NCBI GenBank assembly: GCA_003344405.1
Contig: NOWV01000018.1
Span: forward strand, 124,001-188,000
Direction: 5' to 3'
Source: Trichoplax sp. H2
Taxonomy: Eukaryota
Length of the DNA stretch: 64,000 nucleotides
Shown: positions 50,101 through 63,900 of the stretch, in pieces
Layout: the number at the start of each line of letters is the position of its first letter
Position numbering within the stretch: position 1 is the first letter of the stretch
The notes under the pieces: generated by a model
The model's database searches: none
Told to the model about the DNA's origin: nothing
What the model saw: the letters and a program-made list of their open reading frames with translations, nothing else
Made by a program: the position numbers and the translations under genes

Positions 50101-53100
50101 GCCTTCAGTTTCAATGATTATCCAGTGGTGTTAAATTATTTAAACTAACTAACCTCTGAGGAATTTGCCCATCCTGTTTGAGCGCTCCACATTTTACCTT
50201 CACCAAGCAATCCTAATGCGAGATGTGAAAGCGGAGCTAAATCACCACTAGCACCAACTGTTCCTTGTTCTGGCACTAGAGGCATACAGCCAGCTAAAAC
50301 AATTTTGGTCAAGTAAAAAATTTTTTAGATCATTTTAAAAATATGCACACGAATGTTATTTTGTAGCGATAAATTCGATAAGATATCAAGGTTAAATATC
50401 TTAAAAATAACATACCATTAAAAATATCTACCATTCGTAAGACATTTTCCGCGCTGATTCCGCTAATTAGTATGAAAATTTACTAAATTTAAGAGTTGCA
50501 ATATACTGTACATATATTCGTACGCATGTAGGCAGAATAAATACATAAATTATAGTACACCGTTATTACGATATGAATTATTTTCTTGGAATAGCATTAA
50601 CTACAAAAATAAAGAATCATTTCTAAAGATTTATAATCATACTATCTAATACGGCAAGAAGTACCTGTAACCTTTTGACAAAATATTGATACGTAAAGCA
50701 AATAGCATTCTGGTCTGTTCAATTGATAGGGCTCTACCGACACCTGTCGTCATTACAAAAGATCAATTTACTGTAGAATCATTTGTCATCAGATTATTTT
50801 ACAATACCATAAATATACAAAGTTAGTGCTTAGATAAACTAAAAATTACCTGCAGCATGAGACCTGATGAGATTTTCTTGTAATTCACTACATATTTGAA
50901 CAGAAATAGCAACGGTTACTAGTACTATTTTATTTCGGCGTTACATGTTATGGAAAGTCACAATATGCAGCTAATCAAATTTCATTTAAACAGACTACGG
51001 CATAACATAATTTGATATCTTACATCAGATTTTTATCACTGATGATGGTCCTAGCAAATTTTCCAAATCCCGTATTTACACCGTAAGTAACTGCAAGTGT
51101 ATTAAATCAAGAAATTAACTAAAGTATAATTGATATCAAAGGTAGTAAATTATTTTTTTAATCTGTTGTTAAGCTTAATGAATAGCTATAATAGATTGCA
51201 ACTTAGATTATGACGAATTATGAGCACTCTACTATAGCTCTATAAATGATACAGTACACGAAGTTCAACGGTAATAAATTGATAAATCTTTATGCGTAGT
51301 GTACGGTGGTGTCAATCCTGATAAATAGCTACCTTTCTTTGATCTAACAATCTCATCTAAGAATTCCCTAGCTTTTGATATTCCTTGTAGCGCTAAATTA
51401 GAGACCTATTATAGAATAAAATTATAGACATTGCGTTCTAAACATTGCACGTTTGTTTATGCTTGATTGATTAAAGACTTGTCATCAATAGCTATAGTTA
51501 AAGTGCCCAAAGAAGTAATAGAGCATAATTGCTATTAACTGCTGAGCAAACTAAATTCTACTTACGACAAGCTTCGCTTGTCCACTACCAAGGAGCACAA
51601 GATCATCGATGGTCAAACTGCATCCATCAACTTCAACATTTATCTTCTTTGTTAGAATTAGTATTAATTTAAGAAATCAATACCAATCAGTAGTGAAGAA
51701 AATTGCATACCGTTTGCTTAATATATGAGTAAATAATAATATGACTTACTTTGTCATTAGGACTTTACAAAAGTTGCCGAAATCCATAAAAGTGGTAGCA
51801 TTGCCAATAGATTTATTAACCAATGTTTATTATCAATTTATGATCAATGTAGAAAACAGTAACAATCTAAATTATTTAACTTACATATTTCTAATAATGT
51901 GCTTCATTTCTCTTGACAGAGCTTTTTCATGGCTGCGTTCTAAAATATTAGGAGAAATAAATTACACGCATATTTTTTACTGCATGATGCCATCAAGACA
52001 AAGGAGCTGATATCACATTAAGCCAAGAAATTTATCCTAGGAATATTATCAACTACCGTTGCGCACTGATGAATAAAACTATCCGGTACAACAACAGCAT
52101 AGACGAAAAAAAGATAGTTTCTTTTATCTTTGTACTTTACGAGTAAAAAATGGAGGGTGAAAAAGTGATAATTCCCATGGAAAACTAGAAGAAGATCTGG
52201 TTGTGGTGGCGGAAAGCTTTCGCTTTGCAGATAAATTTATTTATAGCAAAAGCAAAGATTCATCGTGTCTTTTGCTCTTTAACCTATTGCTGCTAGAAAA
52301 TTTGTCCCTTAACGCTCGAGCTTTATTGTTTAGTTAATCTATCTATTTTAATTTTAAATAACCAGCAGTAGTTTATCAGACTCTCTCGATCAAAATTTGG
52401 TAAAAGATTGACCTAAACTACTGTAGATTCCTTGCTTTTAATATGTGCTTATAATACGTATTAGCCTCATCATGTCAAGAAAAATTGATGATGGAAACAC
52501 TGAATCAGTCACATCCGTTAATCTTGTCGCGAATAATTATTAAAATATGTGTATCGCTAGACTAATACACTAAGTCCGAACTGCAGCGTAATGTCATGTC
52601 TGATAATTATAATTGTAATAGATAAGTGCTAATAATCATAGATTACAAATTATCAACATGTTATGTTATCAAAATGCTTGTCTGTGCCGTGTCTAGGAAT
52701 TGAGTCAACTTCAGTATCTGTATCGTACAACGCTGCTAAGTTCCAAAACGATCCGTTGCTATTACAGCTAAAATCTTATAAAAAGGAAAGTCTTAAGACC
52801 TCTTCGGCATTACTTCACACGATCATTCAATTACTCTGCTAATGTGTGTACAGTATTAACCTTCCATAAAGTCAATTCACTAGTAGCAAAGCGCGAGCTG
52901 GATTTTATGAAAAGTATCACTAGTCAACCTCAAGATCCATCACAAACGTCATTCTATGTATGCGTAAAAGATATCGAAGTCTACTGTATTCACTAGCACC
53001 ATTGAGATTTTTCAGTATGACATTTTATTCTCACACTATTTCCAGCTTAGTATAGACATTTTCCATTGACTAAGTTCTCACTGTCATTTCTGACTCCATC

Positions 53101-55963
53101 ACTTTGATACCAACTCCTAACACTCTTATTGGCTGATGTTAGAAATGAAACAGCGTACAGTACAGTTAGTGTAAGTATTGTGTCCTGTACAACGTGATCC
53201 TACAGTACTGTATACTGTACAATGTACACTCGATATGACAATTTTTGCATCAATTTGTACAAAATTGTTCGTAAATGCATCATTTTAATATGTACGGATA
53301 GCTCTTGACTTAGTGGTTAACTTACTACCATATGAGACCTATGTGTATATATAATTAGTTAGTTTTTGCGACGAAAACCGATCACATTGGACAGTACAGT
53401 ACTGTAGTTCATGGTACTGTACAGTGTACAGTCTGTACCATAACATTTTGTCACTTTCGGGCAATATCTTTCTTTAAAAAGACAGTAAAGCTATAATAGA
53501 ATGATATATTAGGTTGATAAATGCTCAGGAATGTAACAACTCTTAATCAGTATTTGCTTATTAAGATCACTGGTTGATGCTTTTCAAAGTGACAAAATAC
53601 TTTGATACACACTGTACTGTACTGTAAAATACTGTAGTACTCAGGATCATTCAAAAAGTGTCCTGTACTGTACAGTGAGTTAAAAGTCCCCGTTATTGTT
53701 ATTATAATCAACACACCTATCCTGGAGGCGCGCCACATGTCAATACAGTCATGTTATTGGTCAATTTCCCTCATATGATTTGTAATCTGCAATCTAGAAG
53801 AAGGCGGTGTCACCAACAACAATGCCTAGGACTATTCAATTTTCTTGACAGCAGTAATAAAATAAATAAAATAAAATAAAATACTGTATTATGCTGTATG
53901 TGGCGCTTTCTAAAACACGATTAGGATTCAGAACGGTGATCCAATCTCTTCGTCAAAGATCTACAGCACAGTCAATACTGTTATTACGGAGGGTACAGCC
54001 ATGAACTACTAGGAATTTTGACCTTGAAATTTCGAGTGGTCCATGGTAATGTCACCTACATAACTATGGTTGCTCAAAAGACTGCTAAAACAAAGACTAT
54101 AGTACTTTTTAATTTGTGTGATTTGAATTAATTATATGGTTTACAAGCTTCGTATAAATGGATGGTGATGGTTTGTCCGTTAATACTTTAAGGGCAGTTT
54201 TGCCCGCGCGTCCAAATTGAACGTCGCTGCCGGACAAACTTTGTACCAACTATGCAACGAATGCAGTAGCAATGCTGCTCTTGTTTACTGATGTACTGAT
54301 CGTGTAAGATATATCACATAAAACAGAAAGCGTGGCAGTATGACAGCAAATTAGAATGTGTTACATTTACAGCCTAGATTAAAAAGACCAAAGTACAGTC
54401 TGTACAGTCTATAACTGAACATCAATCATGACATAGTTGTGAAAAAATTACAAGAATTAATACCACCCATATTGATAACGGATAGTCCACTACTAATGTG
54501 ATACCGAGGTGCATAAGCGTGCAAGTCTACCAGCATCCAGCTAACTGCTTACTGATGATGCAATTCAATTTGATTTCTGTGATACAGATTTTCTTAACAT
54601 ATGTGGAGGGAGTGCCATTATTAAATTAGTTTACTCTTTTTAGTCTAATAGCAGCGAAGCACGGCTGTACAGCACGTTACGATAAGTTTATACGAGTATT
54701 TATATACTGTACTTAGATCAACGGCTGTCTTTGACTATTTTGTACCGTATTTGTTTAGTCATTGGAAGTATCCCTTATTCTAGGCACGGCACGGCTATTA
54801 TGTCTATCGGTAAACTATTCTGTAGCCGGAAGTGTGTCCATGCCTACAGTACTGTATTTAGGAATCTCGAAAATCCTAGGATACTTCTGTCTACCGTACA
54901 CCTTGCCTAACGTATATCATAACGTTACGAGATGTAAGTCTAACAGCGACACAGCAAGACACGATCATGATCGTTAATCATCAACGAGTAAGACAATCAT
55001 AAACAAACAAAAGATGAGCTGCAAGCCCGATCCTACAGTACACTTCTAGTACTATACCACCTAAAACTTTATAACTAATGTGCTATAAAATTGAAGTTAT
55101 GACAGAAACATTTTTTCGACCTTTATCAGGCCGAATATAAAATATCGATTCACGAGTGACCCAATTCGAAACATAAAGTCACAGTGTAGGCCTACATGTA
55201 GCATTGTGATTTCGTAGAATTTTAACCTTTAGCTTAACAGAGTGGCCATTAAATCCTGTCATTTCCCTAGGGTATGTTTCAATCTAGTGATCATTGTACT
55301 GCATTACAGGCTGAAAATAAGACTTTGATATACTTGAATTTATAGTGGTAGATTGCTTCATCGACTTTTTTTTCAGATATGCAGTATAGAACAGGTTGAT
55401 TAAATAAGAGTGTATCATGTACTGTAGATATACCTTATATCACTTTCTATAATTAATTCATGTTTTTTCATAAGGAAACGAAAGACAATTCGATTAAAAC
55501 AGTGAAACAAGTTCTGACTTGAAACTGCTGATAACTGTTTTACAGCATGGTAACATCGCAATGCCAGTGTTAACCGTATTAAAATTGGCCCATGATAAGA
55601 GTGTATTGAAGATGTCATTTTTTATTTACAGTAACGCGTCAAGCACTTGCAATTTTACATGCTATTTCTAGCTATTCCAAAGTAGTAAGATACAAAATGA
55701 ATCGTAAACTTACCTAAGATCACTTCTTCATCATCCACTAAAACATCCGCAACGTGATCGTTTTCGTATAATATTGCCCCCTTTACGTTACGTAATCGCA
55801 CTTGTGTACAAACGTGTAAAGTGAAATCTGCAGGACTAACAGTTCTATCCGCTTTACTCATATGGCGTTTCACTATTTCAGAAATTAGCCAATCGATCTT
55901 TTGATTGCCCTCTTTACAAGGAATAACGTAAGTATCATTCGAAATTCGAGCTAAGATTTTCAT
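47136..55963 (-). CDS. HAL: Histidine ammonia-lyase with animal-type N-terminal (Par3/HAL-N) domain, multi-exon
   Basis: Exon 1 [29 protein letters not shown]... Then [24 protein letters not shown], the MIO-forming [17 protein letters not shown] (about 50220-50265), [43 protein letters not shown] and [15 protein letters not shown] at 47136-47138. Confidence 0.95.
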
Positions 55964-56104
55964 GATTTTGATCTCGTCCAAGTACAGAATAAGGAACAAA
56001 CAACCGCGACGCGAAAACAGTAGCGTAATTGGTCCGTAAATAACTTTTTTTCTCGCGGGCCGCAGTTCCCAAGTCTGAGTTGTACAGTACATTGTACTGT
56101 ACAA

Positions 56105-56285
56105 CAATTTGCTTTTATTTGTACTTTGAGAATTTCTATCCAAAAGTCTGTGTCATGTCTTTCTTCTTATTGTGACAGTTCTCTGCGATATTGTACAAGA
56201 ATTTTCTGTTATTTGTACTTTGAGAATTTCTATCCAAAGTCTGTATCATGTCTTTCTTATTATTATGACAGTTCTCTGCGATATA
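56105..56285. repeat. Tandem duplication, two copies of about 94 bp, just upstream of the HAL start
   Basis: ATTTGTACTTTGAGAATTTCTATCCAAA.GTCTGT.TCATGTCTTTCTT...GACAGTTCTCTGCGATAT occurs twice. Confidence 0.88.
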
Positions 56286-58006
56286 CAGTACTGTACTTTA
56301 CATTGCCATACAGTACTGGATACTATGCGGCCATCGAGGTACAGTACTGTAGTTTGTTTCTTTTTTTCTTGCCTTCTATGCTTGAGGCTGGAGGTTCTTT
56401 TTCAATACTTCCAGTACTGTACTGTACAGTGTACAGTACATACTCTACAGTACAGTACTGTAAAATTCACGACACTGGTTATTATATGACATTGAGAGTT
56501 CTTTGAAACAATAAACTGTAAACAGTTAAATGTCAATCCATACCGTAACACCAAGTGATTCTCTTTCATAGCATCGAGAGAATTAATCATTATATTATTT
56601 ACCGATATCATGGACTAGCAGAAGGGTTTCTTCTAGTAGTCTATGCTAATTTATTGATTTATTTTTTTCCCCCTCCCTATAAATTATCCAGTACTGGACT
56701 ACACAGTTGGATACCATAAGTGAAGTTATCGTATGACAAATTGCAACCATCAAGTGGTCGCGTCACGTGATCATCATCGCAGGGACAACAGCGGTGGTTT
56801 GGGTGGTGGCGTTGAAAAATGGCCTCCATGGAACCGTCAACTTACTCAATTTTTTAGCTACCTAGTGCTAATATGGACTACTCAATACCATTAAAATAAA
56901 ACCCTATACAGCATATCTATTGTTAATAAACTTAGCTTCAATCTTAACTAACTGTAAATTATAATTATCATTATCAAAGTTTCGTTCTTCGTGTCATCTT
57001 TCCTTATTCAAATTGGCAAAGCAATATTACATTCGTACATTGTACAGTATTATTAGCACTGTAATAAGTTCTCGAGCAATTGTAGAGACAGCGTATTAGC
57101 AAAGAATAGAACTTTATTAAGACTTATAAGTGCCAATTAATACAGTATGACAGCAACACTCATATATAGTCTATCATGGAATATTCTAGAACTTATTAGT
57201 AGTTATTATAATATACATAGACTGAGTATTCTAAAAGGTTCTACATGCATATGATGTTCAAATACGTGCGCATCTATAATTACGAAGTCACTCTACTAAT
57301 ACTACGACATCCCCCTCTTTATCGAACAAGCTGTGCAGTTACAGGTTGTGTGTGCTAACGCAATCACTCGTATAACAATTAAATCATTATTTTAGTAGGC
57401 AAAACGCGAGTTATCAGGTTAGTCTTAAATCTAGAAATTTCAAAGGTACACGAGTAGTTCTTCCAACCCTGGTAATCTGGCTTTTCGGTTTATAGATACA
57501 TTCTCTTTCTTAGTTGCTGATATGGGTTCCTTCGATGGGCAATGAGTCCAAATAGGCAGTATTTCATGTGCTATCGTGTGTTGTATTTGTGATTGATTAA
57601 ATTTGGCTGGTGTATCACAAATGCTATCTTGTAATGCTATCTTGTACTCTACTAATACTATGACAAGCACAATGAGTAATAGGCTGAATTAAAAATTGCT
57701 TGCTAGTAATTGAGACAGCCAAAACAATCGATATAGATGATTGTCATTGCTATACACACTGTAGCGTTTTCTTTATCAATATACGAATACTTTCCGGTAC
57801 ATTAGATAGAACAAATCCGATATAACAAGCATGAACGTGAATTAATTATATGAGTATGTATAATTTAATGGGAATCAAACTAGTTAACGCAGTTAGTAAA
57901 TTATCCTAGATGATGACATACAGCACTAGTTCTTAATGTAGGCCTTAAGTGGGTCCACTTACAGACTTTGACCAATAATCCAGTATAAATGTATCATTTC
58001 GGTAAG

Positions 58007-58505
58007 TAGTGACTAGCGAGTACAATGCAGTACTTTTACGCATTTATAGACAGTATTTGCTACTACATTAGATTTCCGATAATGACTGTACTATACACCC
58101 AGTATACAGTACGTACAGTATGTTCGTAAATTTATACTTATTACGTACAATATATACAGATTAATTAACTATATATATAATTATTTACAATATATAGTGA
58201 CTAGCGAGTACAATACTTTCACGCGTTTATAGCTAGTACTTGCTACTATATTAAGTTTCCGATATTGACTGTACTGTATGCACTAGACTCTATTCGTAAA
58301 TTTATATTTATTACGTATATATACAGATTAATTAATTATACTGTATATTTATTTACAATATTTAGTGACTAGCGAGTACAATACTTTCATGCGTTTACAG
58401 CTAGTACTTGCTACTATATTGGGTTTCCGATATTGACTAGACGTGCACTAGACTGTATTCGTAAATTTATACTTATTACGTATACAGTATACAGATTCAT
58501 TAATA
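58007..58505. repeat. Diverged tandem repeat, about 3 copies of 168-188 bp
   Basis: TAGTGACTAGCGAGTACAAT at 58007, 58195 and 58363; TTCGTAAATTTATA.TTATTACGTA in each copy. Confidence 0.88.
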
Positions 58506-58520
58506 CTAGTACAAACTCCA

Positions 58521-58785
58521 GTCACTATGCTGACGGATTACGTTATTATGATATTCCAAACTCCCATCGCTTTGCTGACGAACTATGTTCTTATAATATT
58601 ATACTTCTAGAATATTATTTTACAATAATACTTTAAACGTGACTCGGTCTTGCGTCGCTACGCTGACGGATTACGTTGTTATAATATTACAAACTCCCGT
58701 AGCTTTACTGACGGATTATGTTCTTATAGTCTTATACTTCTAGAATATTATTTTACAATAATACTTCAGACGTGACTCGGCCTTG
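58521..58785. repeat. Tandem duplication, two copies of about 133 bp
   Basis: GCTGACGGATTACGTT at 58529 and 58662; TTATACTTCTAGAATATTATTTTACAATAATACTT and CGTGACTCGG in both copies. Confidence 0.88.
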
Positions 58786-59437
58786 TCCTCATTAACTATA
58801 CTAATCCATGATGGTTATTTGACGGATTCCGGTAATACTCTTATATACGTTAACGTTACAAAATATATTACAGTTACTATTCAGGAATTTGATTTTACCA
58901 AATTTTATTGACATCCATTCACTATCTTCCACTGTATAGTAGAAACCAAATCATACGCAAAGCCATGCTAATAGTCTATGCATTACATTCAAAAATTTCA
59001 TAGCGTTGGAACTAAAGTTCTGTAAAAATGTTTATTACTAAAAATTTCAAACTTGTAAATCAGCATTATTACAATACTTCTACACTGCTGCAATTGATGA
59101 TAATTTCAGTATACGAATTAAATAAACCCTTTATACAAATGACAATGCTTCCTAAAAATGACAATCTCGACATGCTTAAGTGCACGCAGATTGTGGTAAT
59201 TACATTCAAGCTTTACATACATCAAGGAATACTTTAAAACAGGATTAGACAATTCTAATCATTCTATATACAAAATACTGTATATACGTATATGTATGAT
59301 AAGAGTTTGCAAGCCTTTGTAAAGTGACGTTTTTTTCTCTTAAATTACCTAAATCTGGTAAGGTAATAGGACCAAGAATATTTGTTACTGCTCTGTTTCA
59401 TTCCTATAGGTATTTCGATTTTCATCCTTTATATTAT

Positions 59438-60585
59438 TTAGTCGCTATCGTCGTCATAATTCGTATGATGTTCTTCCGTATTACTCGTATTAGTATCATC
59501 ATCATCATCAGGCTTTTCTGTTTTTTTCGTCATATGTCTTAACAATGCTCCTACAATAACATAGAACTTAATAAGTAACCTCTAATATCGATTAAAATCA
59601 ATAACACTTTACTTCGTTTTCGTTCTGATAATTCGTTCAATTCTCTTTCAAAAGCAGCGTCTTCAGACTGTTGCTGTGATTTGGTTAGGAGAGGTCTGCG
59701 GGCACCATTGCGATAAACATTACATCAGTTCTTATATAGCAGAGATTATAAACTACGAAATTCTTATAATTAATATTAGTCATTTTCTAAGTACACTAGT
59801 GCAGTATCATTTTCATTCAGTAAACTTACTTATCCATATTTTCAAATTTCTTGCCACATTTGGCACAATAACCGTGTGTAGTTGAGCAATTAGAACAAAT
59901 TACATAATAACTTTGCATTATGTTTCGTTCCAAGCATTTAACACTATCAACCAGTAAATTGGTTAGAGTTAGTCATTCCATATACAATACAAATACAGTA
60001 GCTAAATATCTTGTCACTTGTTAAACATCCAATCATTAGAAAGCCTACAGGCTAGCCACCGAATGATAGAAGTTTCAATTAACTAACAGTGATTTGTAAC
60101 GCAAATTGAGTAAGGTAAAATTACGCTGTCTTTACTTTAAAGATCAATTACATTATGGCATGATATTTTACGATCGCTTACCATTTACCCGGTTGAGTTA
60201 AGGGTTTATATTTCTTATATCGAATTTTCCATTCGATGACGTCTTTGCAACGACTGCAAACACCCTGTATCTGTGTCTCCATAATCTGCTTGGTCTTTCG
60301 TGATGTATCATGTAATGTCGGATTAAAAGCCCGAGTATTTTTATATTTCTGGCCTATGATGTTTCATGTTTATCATCGTTAAATCTTATAGTGAATACTA
60401 CGTATCCCACAGAGGTATAAAAACAGCTACTTTGTTACTCGATATAGTGCAAAACTTCAATCCATAGCTCTACGATCTGTTGCAGAGTTCGAACTCAAAA
60501 TTACATGCACATGCTATGCTAATAACCACTGTAAAAATGGATATAGACAGCTTATGTTACCTTTTTTCTTGTGTCCCGAATTCAT
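59438..60585 (-). CDS. C9orf85: C9orf85-like / DUF2039 cysteine-rich protein (5 exons; not in the ORF track)
   Basis: Spliced: MNSGHKKKGQKYKNTRAFNPTLHDTSRKTKQIMETQIQGVCSRCKDVIEWKIRYKKYKPLTQPGKCVKCLERNIMQSYYVICSNCSTTHGYCAKCGK..., with an acidic tail. This matches recalled C9orf85 (QKHQN..GVCQRCKEVLEWRVKYSKYKPL..CVKC..CAKCGK). Confidence 0.9.
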
Positions 60586-60977
60586 TCTGAATAAATTCTA
60601 CTTTACGTCTTGTGTTACTTATTTCCTCGGAAATATTACTTTGCCAAGTAGGTAAATTGCACTAGCATCAAGATTGCAAAAGATAGGCAGATGGTATGAG
60701 TGTCTTCTAGACTAAGGATGGCAGTTATCTATTTTCACTCCAGATATTCATAGTATAGTACAGTATGGAGGCTGTTGCCTGTTAGAGTACTTCTAGTAAC
60801 TCCATATAGCCACTCACTAGCAGGATGTATAATACTATACTGTTCGATAACACAGTACATGTGTTATACCGTATCCTATAATTGAGCCTTTTCTACTGAC
60901 ATTGTACAGTACAGTAGTGCACAAGGTGGAGCTGAAGATGTCCCATCATCAGGATTACCTGTTGTAAACAACGATTG
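60586..60977. promoter_or_regulatory. Probable bidirectional promoter region between the C9orf85-like and SHLD2-like genes
   Basis: The two divergent start codons are only about 390 bp apart. Confidence 0.5.
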
Positions 60978-63900
60978 ATGGAGGAAATACCAACTATTCT
61001 CATCTTCTGTAACCCTCCATCGATTAATAATAAGCATTTATCCCATCAGACTGACCACCAAAGTAAAAAGAGAAAGTTAAATCCAGCGAGCATTCAATGG
61101 AAAAGGAAATTATATCGTCATCCGTGCAAACCAATGCAACCATCGACGAGTGCTTGTCAACATGATGATAAAGATCGAAGCAGCAACAATAGTGGCCCGT
61201 CTACATTTGAATATATTAATACTGTTATAGATCATGGCAGTAATTTACAAAAGGAATTTGATCGATTGATGAGAGATAGCCAAGCGATAATGCCAGGTAT
61301 TAGTAGTCAATCTGGCTTTCAAGATACCGATCAGATCCTATGTAGTGATAGTAATAGTCACGATTTCGACTACCATACTAGCTGGAATGACAGCCTTCCC
61401 ATCGACAATTTCAACTCAATACCAGATAGTTGCGAAATAGAAGAGTTTACCAGTAGCACTTATAGTAGTTGTGATAGTGTCAAGACTTGCGATAGTATCT
61501 CATCAGATGATCATTGTAATGAAAATCAGCTATTGGCAAACAAAACAGAAAATCCGATCGCTAGTGATCAAGCTGCAGAGACCTCATCAGGTAATTCTAG
61601 AGGTACACACGTACGCTGCATCAGGACAGCTACAGTTGTCTATTTTCATCTATCAAATACGATCCAGGCCATTGCTTCATCATACAATGATAAAACGAGA
61701 TTTGCATAGTCACATTTTGCTTACTCCGCAGTATACGCGTATACATACTACCATTATCAATCTACTCTACCAAAATGCTATACATAGCAATCCGATAGCC
61801 TCCTTTGTAATGTATTTCTATCTACAAGTCAGATGGATCATATTACAAATAAGTTCTTGCCCTCAAGATGTACAAAATAAATATCAATCTAATTAACTAA
61901 GCTCGCAATTCTTCATGCAGTTTCACTATCTAAGAAGTATCTTCAAGCATTGCAGTATATAAATGATAGCTCATGCGCATGTATTCATATGTTTTGGTGA
62001 TAGATAAGCTTCACCAACCGACAAGAAATCAAGATTCGCAAGAACTTTTACCTAATTTCAAGGTATGAAATCTTAATCAAATTAAAAGCAAGAATGTAAC
62101 ACTAGCACAATACTGTAAATGTTGATTTAAAGTAGTAACTACTACATCAAGTTAAAAATTGTAATAAAATCTTAAAATGCATTATTCAATTTCACACTAT
62201 TACTTTACCTGATATTCAATCGTGCAGTATTGTATATTATCAACCCATGTATATCTTTATAGTATATGTTATACGGTATTACTATTAGGGTATGCTTCTT
62301 TCATATAGTAACAAAAGACAACGATTATTTATATACTTCCTATATCACTTCTAAATCTATCTAAATTTCTCCTGCAGATTTCCAAGATTGCCAATTGTAC
62401 CCAAAAGTCTCAATTAGTCAATTTACTGGTAGTAGCACTTCAAGGTGATTGAACAATTAATGTAATTAACCTCAAGTAACATGAAACTTTCTTCTTTCTA
62501 GTATAAAAACAAATTACTTTAATAAATACCTTATTTGCAATCCTTTAATTGTCAAATTTTAGTGAATCCAGCTCACGAAATTCAAACTAAATCAGGCAAA
62601 AATGTAAGTTTAAGCAATACACCAAGCTTGCTTTTACAGTTAATGTATTAGCTACATAAATAAAATGCTAATTTTAGGCAGGACAGATGATTTTAATTGG
62701 ATCTATGCTAGTTGGTGACCCAACTCAGAGTTATTTTAAGGTGAAAAAATAATGCCGTTAATGCAATATAGCAATTATAATAACTATGACTGCTAAGATT
62801 CAAACTTCCTAGGCTTCTTTCTACACTTAGATTACACTCTGGAGACAAAATACTGCATGGCTTGAAAGGATAAGCCTCGGAGATATTCTATTACTTGCAG
62901 GTTTAGGATCATATTTCATATCGTAGATGGATAATAAAAACTTTATGTCAAAATCTATTTTTTTCGAACCTTTTGTGATTATAAATACGAGAAAAAAATA
63001 ACAGTCGTCTATACTTGCAATTAATACGGATATCTTTTACATATCCTCACTTGATGTAATACTTCAACCCCTAGATTTAGAAGTCGACGAGTGGCGTGGA
63101 AAATATTTTGCTCAAAGTATTCATTCTTCCTGGGTAGTTAACCTTCATAAATGTAGAGATATAACTGGTAAAAGAGGTTAGCTATCAATTTTTCTAATAT
63201 AAATATTATAAGCTAAAATATCAGTGCTCTTCAGGATAGTACAAACCATTTTTAATACAAATCCTCATATATATCGTAAATTCCTTTTTCCAATACTTAG
63301 TTAGACATTATATTCCATCAAAAACCATGGATGATGTTTACACATGGGCATCGAATTACTTGCCACATATATATAATACAAATGATCAATCAACCTTGCA
63401 AGTACAAAGCAAAGGTAATTCACCCTCGTCACTATAGCTATATATGTGTTTCATCTAGTAATTCTAGTAATATCGTCTACCTGATGTTTTGATATTCAAG
63501 GAGAGGTTCAATTTGTTACTTACAAGAGCTTAACTCAGGACGTTGTAGTTCATTTCAAGGCCAAGTTGCTATCGATCAAATGCTATACTAGTAAATAAAT
63601 AAAAGCACTATTTCTACACGTAATGTAAAAATTAACTCGCTCTTTCTTACCAGTTGTTTTATCTTGTATTAATAATGCACTCTAGTTGGAAATGTTACCT
63701 ATCAGTATGAAACTAAGCGCCTCCCAAAAATGGTTGCTAGTAAGTTGAAAATAGTAATAACAGTTCAAATTTTAATTTCGCTCATATTTTCATTCTCTAT
63801 TTTAGCATTAGCGGAATCATCTGTACAAAGAATTAAACTACAACTGTAAGTGAACGATCTTAAGAAATGTTTATGGTGAATATAAATATATCACTTCATA

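Noticed and set aside
47136-55963. HAL as part of a one-carbon metabolism cluster with DMGDH and BHMT
   Set aside because: Histidine catabolism does feed the folate pool, but HAL is 24 kb away with unrelated genes in between, so coincidence is the simpler explanation.
56126-56611. Overlapping ORFs of 126, 105 and 69 aa upstream of HAL
   Set aside because: They are translations of the 94-bp duplication and low-complexity motif runs.
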